From: Trichoplax adhaerens
Taxonomy: Eukaryota > Animalia > Placozoa
Direction of reading: 5' to 3'
DNA: 64,000 nt
NCBI RefSeq assembly: GCF_000150275.1
Contig: NW_002060964.1
Span: 787,115 to 851,114, forward strand
The notes beneath the pieces are model-generated. The model worked only from the letters and a program-made list of their open reading frames with translations. It searched no databases and was not told where the DNA came from. The translations under genes and the position numbers were made by a program. This document shows, one piece after another, positions 25,480 to 38,300 of this stretch (its first letter is position 1; each line of letters starts with the position of its first letter).

Positions 25480-26330
25480 GTCTGTTTAGACGACAATGAT
25501 TCATTCAATTAAAAGCGAATACCATCCCTGCCCACCTTATTCATTCTTGAGAGTAGAAATACTTGTCTCATTGAAGCCATGTATGATTCAATTGAAAGTT
25601 AATTCTATCGGTCCAACAGTGAACACCATGGTAATGGATACAACGGAAGTCGAAACTACAGTAGCCACTAATGTCGATTTAGACAATGATGGCCCAGTTA
25701 ACGAAAGGCGAGTATCATCCCAGTCTACTTTATTTAATCCTGAAACTAGAAATACTTGTCTTAGCCAAGCTGTGCAGGATTCAATTATAAAACTAACTCT
25801 ATGGGTCCAACCGTGAACATCATGTTAACAGATAGAAAGGAAATATGCTACAACAACTATTGATTTGACTCGTCATCTTTCCTACACGATCATGGTCGGG
25901 AATGCAAAAGTCTAGTAATCCTATTGATTACAGTCAGCATGAATGATATCCATTGATGTTATATGTCTATATCGATCTAGATGATAATGTCTAATTTAGC
26001 AAAAGAGAAGGGCCACCATGCTACCCTACTTCATACTGAAAATTAGGGAGACTTGTCTAGGTTCGCTGAAAATTCTACCACTCTACTGTATAAAATTAAG
26101 ACTTGACTTGATGATGGCAACTTCATCATCAAGGCTATAGAACTAATTTGTCACGGTGTGTTATCTCTATGAAAATGGATACCCAATAGACGACTATTTT
26201 TCATCGATTTACAGTAGGTAAATTCTATCTATGGAAATGCTTGTCCAATCCTAGTATTTCATGATTGAATTATAAAATCAACTCGATCCATTCCAACTTT
26301 GCACCATCGTTATGGAAGGCAATAGAAATC
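25480..26330. repeat. Decayed ~190-bp repeat family
   Basis: gaaatacttgtct...gattcaatt..aa..taa.tctat.ggtccaac.gtgaaca.catg occurs at about 25555 and 25748, with a more diverged copy at about 26233. Confidence 0.7.
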
Positions 26331-27879
26331 AATCGACCGTATTATTGTTTTTCCCTTCTCCAATCACAACGCCATAATCTTTCCCATCACCAAGTTCAAT
26401 CTTGTAGCAATAATTCATGATATAACAGCACCCATAGGCATCAGAACATGATTACTCTATTAATTTGACTATTCTAATCTTTCCCCCTGTTGCTTTCATC
26501 AATAAATTGACTACTGTGCCTACAAAGACGATACTGTTGACTGATCCAACGCCATTCTTGGTAAATGAGAATAGCAAGAAAGTTGAAACAGTTTACAGCA
26601 TCATGCGTGCTCTATTTCTCCTTGTACTTCAGAATCCATTGTAGCGCCATAAGCCGTTATGATGAAGATACAAACGATTCAAACTCGCTCTTGATTATAT
26701 AGCAAGACAACAGGAGTTCTCGTTAACAGGGTGAATACGATTGATGTCATTAAAAAGGACAAGGTTTAATTCTCCCTGTGATAGCCTAGTGAGAGTTAGA
26801 AAGAGGAAAGGGCAAGAATAAAATTCTTTTCGGGGATTAAACCATCGCTATGAATTACTTCAGGTGCACCTGAGGACTCTTTCTACAAGTCCTTCCAACA
26901 TGAAGGCCTGAAATGAGGAAAATTTTTAGCGCCAGGATAATACTGATATAGAGCAAGGAGATCAAGATTGAACTGATACGAGCTGTGATAGTGGAAACGC
27001 TTTTATATACTAATACATTAATTTAATTTACACAGATCGCCTAGGCTATTCAACTATTATACGAGTGTATTAATTAAGAAATTATCCTCTGAGACGCTCT
27101 TTCCGTACAACACAAGATAGGCATTGGCTTGCCTAAGCGTGGAATTCTTTTCCATGTCAAACATGAATTGGCGTTGAAGATGGAAGGACATAGAAGATTT
27201 GTCTACGTCCATACTTCTAAACGCCATTGACGAAGGTATACTAATAGTCAAAGAAGGAAATTCACTTGACTGTTTCCATATTGGGTAATAAATTAGTTTA
27301 CATTTAGCGTTCTTATATACGCGAATGTATACAGATGTATATTGTCAGCAAAGGAAGAAATTTTCAAGGCAATAATTTAAATCATCTTTTCATCCAAATG
27401 GATGTGTCTTCTTGAATCCATTCTTGAACGAGAGTATATTAAAAGTCAATTAAGGCAATTTAATTGACAACTTCGATGTTTGTTAATAAATTAGCATTAC
27501 AGTTGGTGTATTCTCGAAGCAAAAGAAGAAATCTTCAAGCCAACTTTTCACATAATCTACTCATCCAAAATAAAGTCGTCTTGAAGATGTACAAGAGCTA
27601 TATTTACGTCTATAAATGCATTAATGAAGTTGCGGCCAATGTCCATTATTGACCATACATCAATATTCATCGAATTGAAATTGAATACAAGAAGATACTA
27701 TCTTAAAAGATACTTAATTCATCCTCAACGCCTAAACGTGATCAATCATCATAACGGTGCAATCCATGTTTTATTACATTGGTTTGTTTTCTACCCTAAG
27801 GAGAGCGATAGCATTACCGTTTCTTCAATTTAGCTGTCTACAGTAAAGTCCATTTATGAAGTTAAAATTGAAGACAAAG

Positions 27880-29760
27880 ATAGGCGTTGAACTGATGCCT
27901 CATCTTGACGACAAATTGATCCACTTCTACTATCTCGACTTGTTAGTTTACGAAATAACATCGCTACCCTTCTTCCCTTATATTCAACAGCTTACAAGCT
28001 TTTTTGGTCTTGATGATAAAATGATATTTGATCCATTTCTTAGACTTTATTTATAAAATAAGATCTTGCTAGTGCTATTCCTTGCATTCAACTATTTATT
28101 AGTCTTGACGACAGTATGATGTTTGATCCATTCTCTCAATTTTGTTTGCAAAACGCAATCTTGCTAGCACTACTGCTTGTATTGAACTCTTTACAAGTGT
28201 ATCCGTTTTGACGATAGATTGATCCATTTCTACTATTTAAACTTACTACTTTATCCAGTAAAACGCTACTAGTACTATTCCTTGCACCAACTGATTTAGA
28301 AAGCAAATCAATTTTGACGACAGATTGATGTTGATCCATTTCCGTACTGTACTATCGCAACTTACGGGTTTGTTAAATAAACCACTGCTAGTATTATTCC
28401 TTGTATAAAGTGTTTCGAAGCGTATCAGTTTTGTCGACAAATTGATGTTGATTTATTTCTACCATCTAGACTTGCTGGTTGACTAAATAAAATACCGCTA
28501 GTGTTCTTTCTTGCATTAACTGTTTAGAAGCGTATCAGTTTTGACAACACAGATTGATGTTGGTTTATTTCTACTCTCTCACCTAATAAACACTGCAAGT
28601 ATTATTCCTTGTATAAACTATATACAAACGTATCAGTTTTGATGATAAATTGATGTCGATCTATTTCTACTATCTTGCTACTTAATGAAATAAAATACTG
28701 CTAGTAGTCTTGCTTGTATCAACTGATTAGAAGCGTATCAGTTTTGATGACAAATTGATGTTGATTTATTTCTACTATCTCGACTTGTTTGATGAAATAA
28801 AACCTGGTTAGTGTAATTGCTCATATTGAACTATTTGGACGCTTCTTGATAGACTTGAAATTGAAGGTAAAGAGATGGATGTTGATTCATTTCTATACCC
28901 TCGATTAATTTCATGAAATCAAACGTTGCTCCAGTAGTTCTATTTCACCTATTGAACTGTTTGCGCGTCTACACCTATTCACGATTGATAAAGTTGGAAG
29001 GTAAAAAGATTGCTATCAATCCATTTCTACGGCTTTGATTTCATGGAATAAAGCGTTGCTATTCCTATTGGTTTGTTCAGCAGTCTACTGTTGATTTATG
29101 GAATTTCAATCCACTTACAAGGTGCAGAAGATTTGTTGTTGAACTAGTGCGGTATTGCTTGTCCTATTCAGCCGTTTACTATTTATGGATGAGATTGCAA
29201 TTGACCTCTACAAGGGCAAGAAACTGTTGCTAAACTGATGTCTAGTCTTAATGATACATTGAATCATTTTTTTCTAATACGGTACTTTACGTTATCTTGA
29301 CTTATTTTAAGATATCAATCTTACTAGTGCTGCTGGTCGCATTCAACTTTTTCTACAGCATGGATTGGTCCATGCGTATAGTTTAATTCAAGGTAAAAAT
29401 TGTTGTTCAATCCACTGAAAATAGTTTAGTCGTTGACGGCAAATTAATCTAATTTTACTACTGGATCTTCGCTATTTTATGAAATAACTATTACTTGTAC
29501 TCCTCGTTGTAGTCAACTCCTTATACGGGTACAATATCGATGCAACTCCATTGAAGGCAAAGAAGATTGTTGTGAAAGTGATGCCTAGTCTTGGCAACAG
29601 AACGATCCCTTTTGACTATTGTATCTTGACTTATTTGTGAAATCAAGCATTACTAGTACAATTCCTCCTACTAAATTGTCTGTATTGGCCAAATTGAAAT
29701 TGAAGATACACAAGACTATGTATCGATTATAGAAATGATAGTGGACGATAGGATTGATTT
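27880..29760. repeat. Decayed tandem array, about 100-125 bp unit, more than 10 copies
   Basis: gaagcgtatcagttttga..acaaattgatgttgatttatttctactatct...aaataaaa..gctagt..tattccttg occurs at about 28417, 28527, 28625 and 28730, with diverged flanking copies. Confidence 0.85.
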
Positions 29761-31856
29761 TTATCCTCATGATAAATCATCCCATGTTCGCCTCGTTCTA
29801 TTCGCTTGGCTACTTTTCAATAGTATCAATCAAGAATGACTTCGTATTGACCAGTCTGCTGCCTTGGATCGAGTTTGAACCAAGCGTGGCGAAAACTGTG
29901 TTCATTGAAGTGATGCTTATTTCACTCTGACGATAGGATGTATAGGTAGAATTTTCTGACAAGGGAAATGTTGATGTATTTTTCCAATCCACTGCCTATT
30001 TGGAGTGGGTCGAGCGAACAACGTTGCCATTGCATCTGTGCCTACTCAACTGCTTCAATTGATCCTCATCTTTATCGCTTGCGTTCAAACCGTTACAATG
30101 TTAATCTACTTTCATTCTGTATGATCACCGTTTAACAATGTTATCACGAATATTTTGCAATATTCGATTATAGGTAATCATCGTTGAAATTCAACGATGA
30201 TTGATGAAGAAAAAGAGCCAGAAAGATGGTAGACGCTTCATAGTACAAAACTAGTGAAAGGAACATCATCATCATGACTGTCGTAGTAGATGAAAATCCA
30301 CTTCAAGACGGATGATACAGTTTATCGATTGGAAAGGGGGCTATCAAGGTTATTGATCCATTTGAGATCATGATAGATGTCGTGATTCTCTCTTAAGGGG
30401 TTAAAGGGTCGACAACGATTTCAATTTTAAATGAAGAGGCCACACTAAGCCGGTTAGCGTGTGTACCGTAGACTAGACTCCACTGATAAATGAATGTTTA
30501 CTGCATCGTACGCCGCACCTCCCATTCTCTGCTGTATGTATTCCATAGTAGCAACAATTCAATGTTGTCCCTTAAATACCATATGCAATGATGGCGATGA
30601 TCGCGGTGGCCAATGTCATGCTTGATGGCCAGATCAAGCTTCTATCGGTTCAGTAGATAACCGAGTCATCATTACAAAATTAGAAATAATCTGATCATAA
30701 AACGAGCTGATCGTCTCCATTCATCTTTTGATGATGACATCAACTCGTTGGATCTAGTATCGATCTTGTCGATCAAGAATAACTGGTGTACTTGGAAAGC
30801 TAAATATACAACTCTCTCATGGCCTCTTCTCCCTATCTGCCCATGCTTGTATCTATCTTCCTACCTGAATCGATGCTATTCCTACCACTAGATTTGAATT
30901 CTTGCTCAATTTCAAGTCAATTTCACTCGGCTATGGCTGGTAAAACGCTGATCAAGAAGGCCACAAGTCACTCGATATTACACATCGAGTGGAATAATCT
31001 TGGTCAATTGCTTTTGAAAATTACTAGGAAAAAATGCGCAATAAACTCATTGACGAGATGGTTGGCTTGGCCCTTTGCGCGTGTATCATTAATAGCAAGT
31101 CTTTGTTGTCATAAACAACAGAATCCATTATGATGATGATGATGAGGATGATTATTATTTTAATGAGGATTGCGTTGGCCAAGCCAACTCGACTCGATAG
31201 TGTTGTAACCATTGCAGCGCGGTCTACACTCACTATCAAGAAAGGAGTGAATGAAGAAGAGATGATGGACTCGGCCAGCCAACGCTACCTATAGCGTGTT
31301 GCATCGAGTACAACGCGCTATACTGTACATGACAGAGATGGAAAATCTCCATGGTCTACATTTACGATCAAGAGATGAGTGGTAAAACCTGCCAATCCCG
31401 CTCCAACGAGATTCCCATCGATGAAATAGAAAAATGGCTATTTTAGCCATTTTCGATCGATAGGGATGTGTCTCGTTTTGCCTTCGTTGTAGTCAATGAC
31501 TCCAATGCGAACGCTGCTGACTCACCACTACAATTACAATCTTTCTCAACTCATCGCCCATCCTATCCACCAGAGACCGAATGTTAGCGTCTTGAGGTCT
31601 GATCAAGGTCTCTCGTATCAACATAGCAATATACTGTAGAATAATACCGTTCCTACATTATTATTATTTAGTCCATGATGGGAAAGCTAATTTGGCTGTC
31701 TACTACTGGATTGCAATCGGATTGGGAGTGAGAAATCGTTTCAGATTTCAAAATGTTTTACAAGTTGAGAAGACGGCAAATACTCCTTTCTCCTGTACAG
31801 TGTTCCATACAGTACCATGGCGTTCTACATTTACTGTCAAGTGATGAAAATGATTG

Positions 31857-32460
31857 GGTAGAGGATCCACTTGGCGTCCTGTCTTGACGATATAGTGTTG
31901 CATACGGTATAGCGTCCTACATGATTTACTATTGACAAACAATACATGATCCTATAGAGGATCCACTTGACGTGCGAACTTGACTATATAGTGTTGCATA
32001 CAGTACAACATAATACATTACTTGCTATGAATAGATGGTATGGGACTCTATAGAGGATCCACTTGGTGTACTATCTTGACTATATAGTGTTGCATACAAT
32101 ACAAGATCACACATCACTTACTATCAACGAACGATACATGATTCGATAGAAGATCCACTTGGCGTGCTAGCTTAGCTATATAGTGTTGCATACAGTACAA
32201 CGTCTTACATTACTTGCTATCAACAGACCATACATGATTTTATAGAGGATCCACTGGGCATGCTAACTTGGCTATATAGTGTTGCATACAATAGAACGTC
32301 ATAGATTACTTGCTATCACCGGACGATACATAATTCTATAGAGGATCCACTTGGCGTGCTAACTTGACTATATAGTGTTGTATACAATGCAACGCCATAC
32401 ATCACTTACTATCAACAGACGATACATGATTCTATAGAGGATCCACTTAGAAGTTAACTT
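31857..32460. repeat. 96-bp tandem repeat, 6 full copies plus a partial copy, non-coding
   Basis: ga(g/a)gatccact at 31861, 31957, 32053, 32149, 32245, 32341 and 32437 (exact 96-bp spacing). The consensus has stop codons in all six frames. Confidence 0.95.
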
Positions 32461-34214
32461 GATCATGGAGGACATGGTAGAGAAATTATTCTAAGAGAAT
32501 TTCTCTTTCCAAGTCCCTAGCCAATAACGAATACATGAAATACAATCTAAATGTTTCAAGGAGCATTATCGGCTGATCGGCATAATATAGCTTTTCATTT
32601 CATGCAGTAAAATGGCCGTTGTAAGGACTACTAAAAAAGAGAATTGCAGGGAAAACCTCTCTTTTAGTAGTCCCTGCTTTGACCATAAACTACTACAACT
32701 GAAATTACAAGCAGTTCTCTTCTACCCATGTCGTTGTTGACACTTGGCCGTAGTCGATGAGAGTGTTAACGGTAGCGTAACTGTCATGCAAGCAATAGCC
32801 TCTATCAGTATTACCGTACTCACCCCTTCTGAATTCATAGTGAAATAGTTTAATGTGATATCGGATGTCTTATTGAAGCGATGAGCCTGACAACTGTCCA
32901 AACAGTTTCATCAGCAACATCGCTGGATTACATTATTGCCAAAAAACTCTAGTTTCGTCTCCTATGAAAGCAGATATTCTTCAACTGAATGCAAGGCCAA
33001 AACACAATTTTACACATGTGGTTTTATCCCTTCTTGCTTTCTACTAGCGATGAAAAGAAAATACTTTTCTCCCACTCCCAAAGTAGAGTAACTTGTTTCA
33101 ATAACACACAGTGCGTTCATAAACTACTACAAGACCCCTATTCCATTTCGACAGTAGAGTAATTAATGATAATGATTCTAATCAACCAAAGTAATGCAGA
33201 AAATTATCTTTTGTTATAGCCTTTCTTCGAGAATTATCAGAATGCCAACTCTACTAAATTCATTTCATCCACGACCAAAATCAAGCCATCATCACGACAA
33301 GAATCGGTCATAGCGTTCATCTTTGAAAATGCTATAAAAATAACAAATGGTTCAATAACTGACAGCGATTACTTTTGTTAATCTACTTTATTGACATTGT
33401 TTACCATGTTGGGCTTTTGTTGATGAACAAAATCGCCGATAATACAATTATTGTTAATAGTAGTAAGGAAGGGCAAGGAGGAGCCATTACTTAGCCATTG
33501 TACAGTAAAGTAAATACGAAGATAACAGTATAGGAGATAGGGACAGTATTGAAGATTCCATTGGATCTCAATTAAGTTAAAATACATCAACAGATAGCGA
33601 CGCACAGTAGACCAATTGCATATCGCAAAACTGAATTATACACGGCTGCTGAAATCGAGTAAATGGAGATCAATTTATAATCTAGATATTCCGCACATGA
33701 TTCTAGGGATAACATGCATCCAATTGATCCAATGCTAATACTGTACATACAATATCCCCCGAATAACTAACTACCTTCCATATTATACTCGTAATAACTA
33801 TCGTTGCTCCACTGTGCCGAGCTACCGTTAATCGCAGCCTTGCGAAATACCTCTCCACACAATAAGGGTCATCGCGTTTCAATAACATGGACTGGTTATT
33901 CTGAAATGAGCAAGCACAAAGTGTGGACTTTGACTCAAACAGCGATAACACGGAGCTAAAGTCAGCATAATTGCAACCTAAATATGAATAGTACAACAGC
34001 ACCTTGACGTAAAGTATCACGAGAGGGATATCTCTACAAGTAACATACGAGTATAGTGATCATTTCGTACAAACTACCAAAACTACTTGTGGGTATCGTA
34101 TAATGTGCTGATTTCCAACTTTCACCACTTGAAGTGAACCATATAAAGGGGACAATCCTACACGTGTACTTTGCCAATGCTGCCGTAGTAATGTACAATA
34201 AAAATCCATACCAA

Positions 34215-34220
34215 TTTATT
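34215..34220 (-). terminator. Putative polyadenylation signal AATAAA of the MOCS1 transcript
   Basis: tttatt on the plus strand, about 110 nt downstream of the MOCS1B stop codon. Confidence 0.45.
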
Positions 34221-34331
34221 AATAAAAAAAAAAACAACTTATCAAAGCCAAGTTAACTCATAATTACATTGACACTAACGTCATTATTGGTATGCATAGT
34301 GTAAATCATTTGTGAAACATAGCTTAAAAAT

Positions 34332-35041
34332 TTATTGCAAATCATGATGCTTGATGCTAATATCTTCATTACGATTATACGTCCCACTTCGACCTCCAGA
34401 TTTATGCAGTAATTTGATATCAGTAATAACATTGTTTTGAGAGACACTCTTACATATATCATATAAAGCTAGTGCTCCTACACTGACAGCCGTTAAAGCT
34501 TCCATCTCCACGCCCGTGGTCGCTTTAGTTACAGCTTTAGCGGTAATAACCACGCTATATCTTTCATCAATCAAATCAAACGTTAAATTAACTTCACTTA
34601 AATTGATATTATGGCAAAAAGGAATTAGAAAACTTGTATGCTTTGCACCAGTAATACCAGCAATATGGGATACCGTCAAGACATCACCACCTTCTGCTTT
34701 ATTTCGTTTTACCAACTCAAACGCCTCTGGTGCTAAGACAACAGTGCCACTGGCAATGGCTGTTCGAGAGGTTACTTCCTTCTGGCTTACATCCACCATT
34801 TTTCCCTTTCCTTTGCCATCAACGTGCGTAAATTTCTTATTGTTGAGGTAAGAATCATTAAAATCTGAAAGGCGAGCGGGGGTCGATCGATAGCATCGGT
34901 GAAAAATTGGCGCCGGAAAAAAACGCCAGGTGCTGAATGTAGACGGAATTGAAATTCCAAATTGATTTATAAAGCGTCGTTTTGCTGTATTCAGATTGCT
35001 ATGCAAATCTTTAATAAATATACCCATTCTATTTAAATATC
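34332..35041 (-). CDS. MOCS1: MOCS1B / MoaC cyclic pyranopterin monophosphate synthase (terminal exon of the MOCS1 locus)
   Basis: MoaC motifs FTHVD..GKMVDVSQKEVTSRTAIA..GDVLTVSHIAGITGAKHTSFLIPFCHNI..TGVEMEALTAVSVGALALYDICKSV..ITDIKLLHKSGGRSG. Phase-1 acceptor ttatttag|GA at 35041. In-frame ATG at 35027. Confidence 0.95.
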
Positions 35042-35332
35042 CTAAATAACAAGGATAAAGGTAAATCTTGTTCAAAAATCAATCTACATTTTCTCGACAC
35101 ATTTGGCTATTGCTACAAGCTTAATCAAGTTAATAATATTCTTTGTACATTATACTAATTAATATCAGCTACTTCTCGATAAAAAACGTATTCTATAAAA
35201 ATCACTTTTATCGAAAAGTCCCTGTTAATATGCAGCACCTTAGCAAACATATATATGAAATAGCTAGTCAAAGTACATTATACAATACGTACAATGATAA
35301 CAATTCCTATATCTACATAATACGTATATCGT

Positions 35333-38300
35333 TTAACCACCGATAAGTATCATTGGCCGATTCTTTTGCTTTGCTATATTAAACATACCTAATAAAGTGT
35401 ATAAAATGCAGCATCATCAAGCCAAACAAATCAATAACAAGAAAATAATCACCTATCTCTTTACAATTACAAATCAGGTAGCCAAAACGCTAGAAGAAGT
35501 TCTCATGATACCTGCATGCTGTTTCTTTTTATTTCCAACCGCTACTCCTATAATTTTTAACAATTCCTCGTCCGAGTGACCAGATCTTATCACATCACGA
35601 AGTGATACTTCAGCATTACCAAATAGACAAACCTTTAAATTTCCATCAGCAGTTAATCTCAAACGATTACAACTCCCACAAAAGTGTTCACTCATTGAAG
35701 TTATGAATCCTATTCGGCCAATATGGCCAGGAACTTGATATGCCTTGGACGTATCATTGGGGCTATCCTGCATTCGTACCAATTCCGGCCACCGATCCCT
35801 TATGATGTCCAGCATTTGCTGGTAAGAAACAAATTTCTCATAATTCCATTTATTTCCTATACGAAATAAAATACAATTATAAAATGGCTGCATTACAAAG
35901 TTTGCAGATTATTTTTTTGTCATCCTACCATCAAAGGGCATATATTCAATAAACCGTACGTCAACCGCCTTCAATAATGTAAAATAAAAGTCAGTCATAA
36001 CCGATTACTACTTAGTCATCAACATGAATATGAAAGGATCTTCAATCAGGTTATTCATTGATTGTATTATAACCTTCGTTTCAGTTAATTGTACAAAATC
36101 TAGTATTTCGTCATCATTCAGGCCTTTCATCACGACACAGTTTATCTATCGAGATGAGATATTAATAGCACATTACTATAAAGTCAATGGTAAAGGCTTA
36201 GATCAAATCAGCTACTGACAACAAGTCAACCGCACATTGCTATAAAGTCCATACTAAAGATTCAAATCAAATCAGCTACTGACAGCAAGTAAATCCCTAC
36301 TATTAAAAATTGTTAGTCATTAACAATGATCAACAAAATACAACAAATCTCAATGATACCTTGACAGGATTATAGCCTAATTGTAAAGCAGCATCAATGC
36401 CTTTCATCACACGATCCCATCCCCTTCTTCTAGTGATAAACTCGAATTTAGCAGGAACTAACGTATCTAAACTAACATTAATTAAGCTAAGTCCAGCTTC
36501 TTTAAGTTTTGGTAAATGCCTGGCTAAAGTAACTCCATTGGTGGTCATTGCAATGACATCAATACCAGGAATTAAATTAATTTCTCCTACAACAACAACG
36601 AATATTAAATAAACAAGGTTAGAACAGACAGTCTCTTGTCGCATCAAGAGTTCAATTCTCGATAGTCTATAAAATTAGACGGAATAAGGATGGATTAGAC
36701 GGACAGCTTTTTTTAAAATATACCTATTCACTTCTATTGTCTACATCAATTATACTAAAGAGTAAAGTTTGCAACAGAAAATTACACAAATTTTCAACAA
36801 CAAATTCTAGAAAATAGAGTATTGCCGCAGCTAGAAGAAATTGCTGTTCTGTTATCAGAGAACCGTATCTTCAAGCTTTTACGCATTACACTACACAGGC
36901 ATGGATAGCTACAGTTCAATGTACAACACCACTTATAGGCAGTCAAGAGTGATTACCAACTGAAAATTTTAACGCTAATTGCTTTGAGGTAATTCAAATT
37001 TGTCATGACTTAACATAAGGGTTACTCCACACTCAACAACAACGAAAATGCTACAAGATCCAAGTTCAATAAGTAATACTTACGAACGATATCGATTAAA
37101 TCCCTTCGCACAAGGGGTTCACCACCTGTTAATCTAATTTTCGTCACTCCCTCAGAAGCAAATAATTGTGATAACTTGATAATTTCATCGGCTGTAAGTA
37201 AGCGTTCTTGAGGAGTCAATCCTACACCTTCCGATGGCATACAGTATTGACCTAAAATGCAACAGATAAAATAGAAATAGAGAAATTACCATTCTATCCT
37301 CATCTATCATGTACTCATTTGCAGCATACGGTTATTAATCTATGCATTGCATTCAGTTGTAGTGGCTTATCACAGTCATTACTTACATCTAAGGTTGCAT
37401 CGTTCTGTTAAAGAGATTCTCAAGTAGTCATGCTTGCGTCCAAAGCTATCGGTTAAGAATTCTGAAAATGGCTTGACTTCAACGTCTTGGAAATAGCTTG
37501 TACCTGGCTTTCGTTGCTAATGAGTTATTTTTAAAAACAGAGATGACATGTTTATTGCACTTTGTCACGAACAGTCAATATAGTCTATTAAGATCACTAT
37601 ACTATAAAAGTGATGCTTGAAAATAGATCGCAGATTGCTACAAAACGTCATGACGTAACAATTACTCGCCAACGATCATTCGATGAACGCGGCCAAGACA
37701 ACAATGTATTGTAAGCGAATGCACAACTGTTTTCTATGTTGGTCATATGGGTAAAAGTGGAATGATGATTCATTAAATATCGTTCAAGAAGTACAAGTCT
37801 CTGCTAATGGAATAGAAAGCTATAGTGTACGAGTCCTATTTACATCAATACTGGTTTAAATAGCGTTCAACTGCACATTGAATTTATCATGCAAGTAGAC
37901 TGTTTTTCATTATGCAAAGCAGGAGTTACGCACAGATGATTTATTGGATCGTTAGCACACTTGAAATAAACATTGTACAACTCCAAGGGCAATACGTAAA
38001 CGTCTAATTCGACTATAATTACAGTAAAACGTATGGTGATGGATTCCTCAATTTACAAGTCATTGAGTAATCCATGGCCAAGTTAGAAGTCCTCGTAAAA
38101 ATATTGAGCTAAGAACGGATCCATTGGATTTATCTAATCGAATTGATCGGCAATTTTCCATTAGTCCGTGCTTGAAATAAATGCGAGTCGTATCGATCGC
38201 GTCTCTCTCTACAGTAAGGGTACACAATTCTAGTCTATATCATCGAATCATCACAAGCAACATTACATGCAGCCTAATTATCAAATGAGTCCAGTTATGA

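Noticed and set aside
25121-25816. 87-106-aa ORFs in the intergenic block
   Set aside because: They overlap decayed non-coding repeats and show no homology or consistent exon chain.
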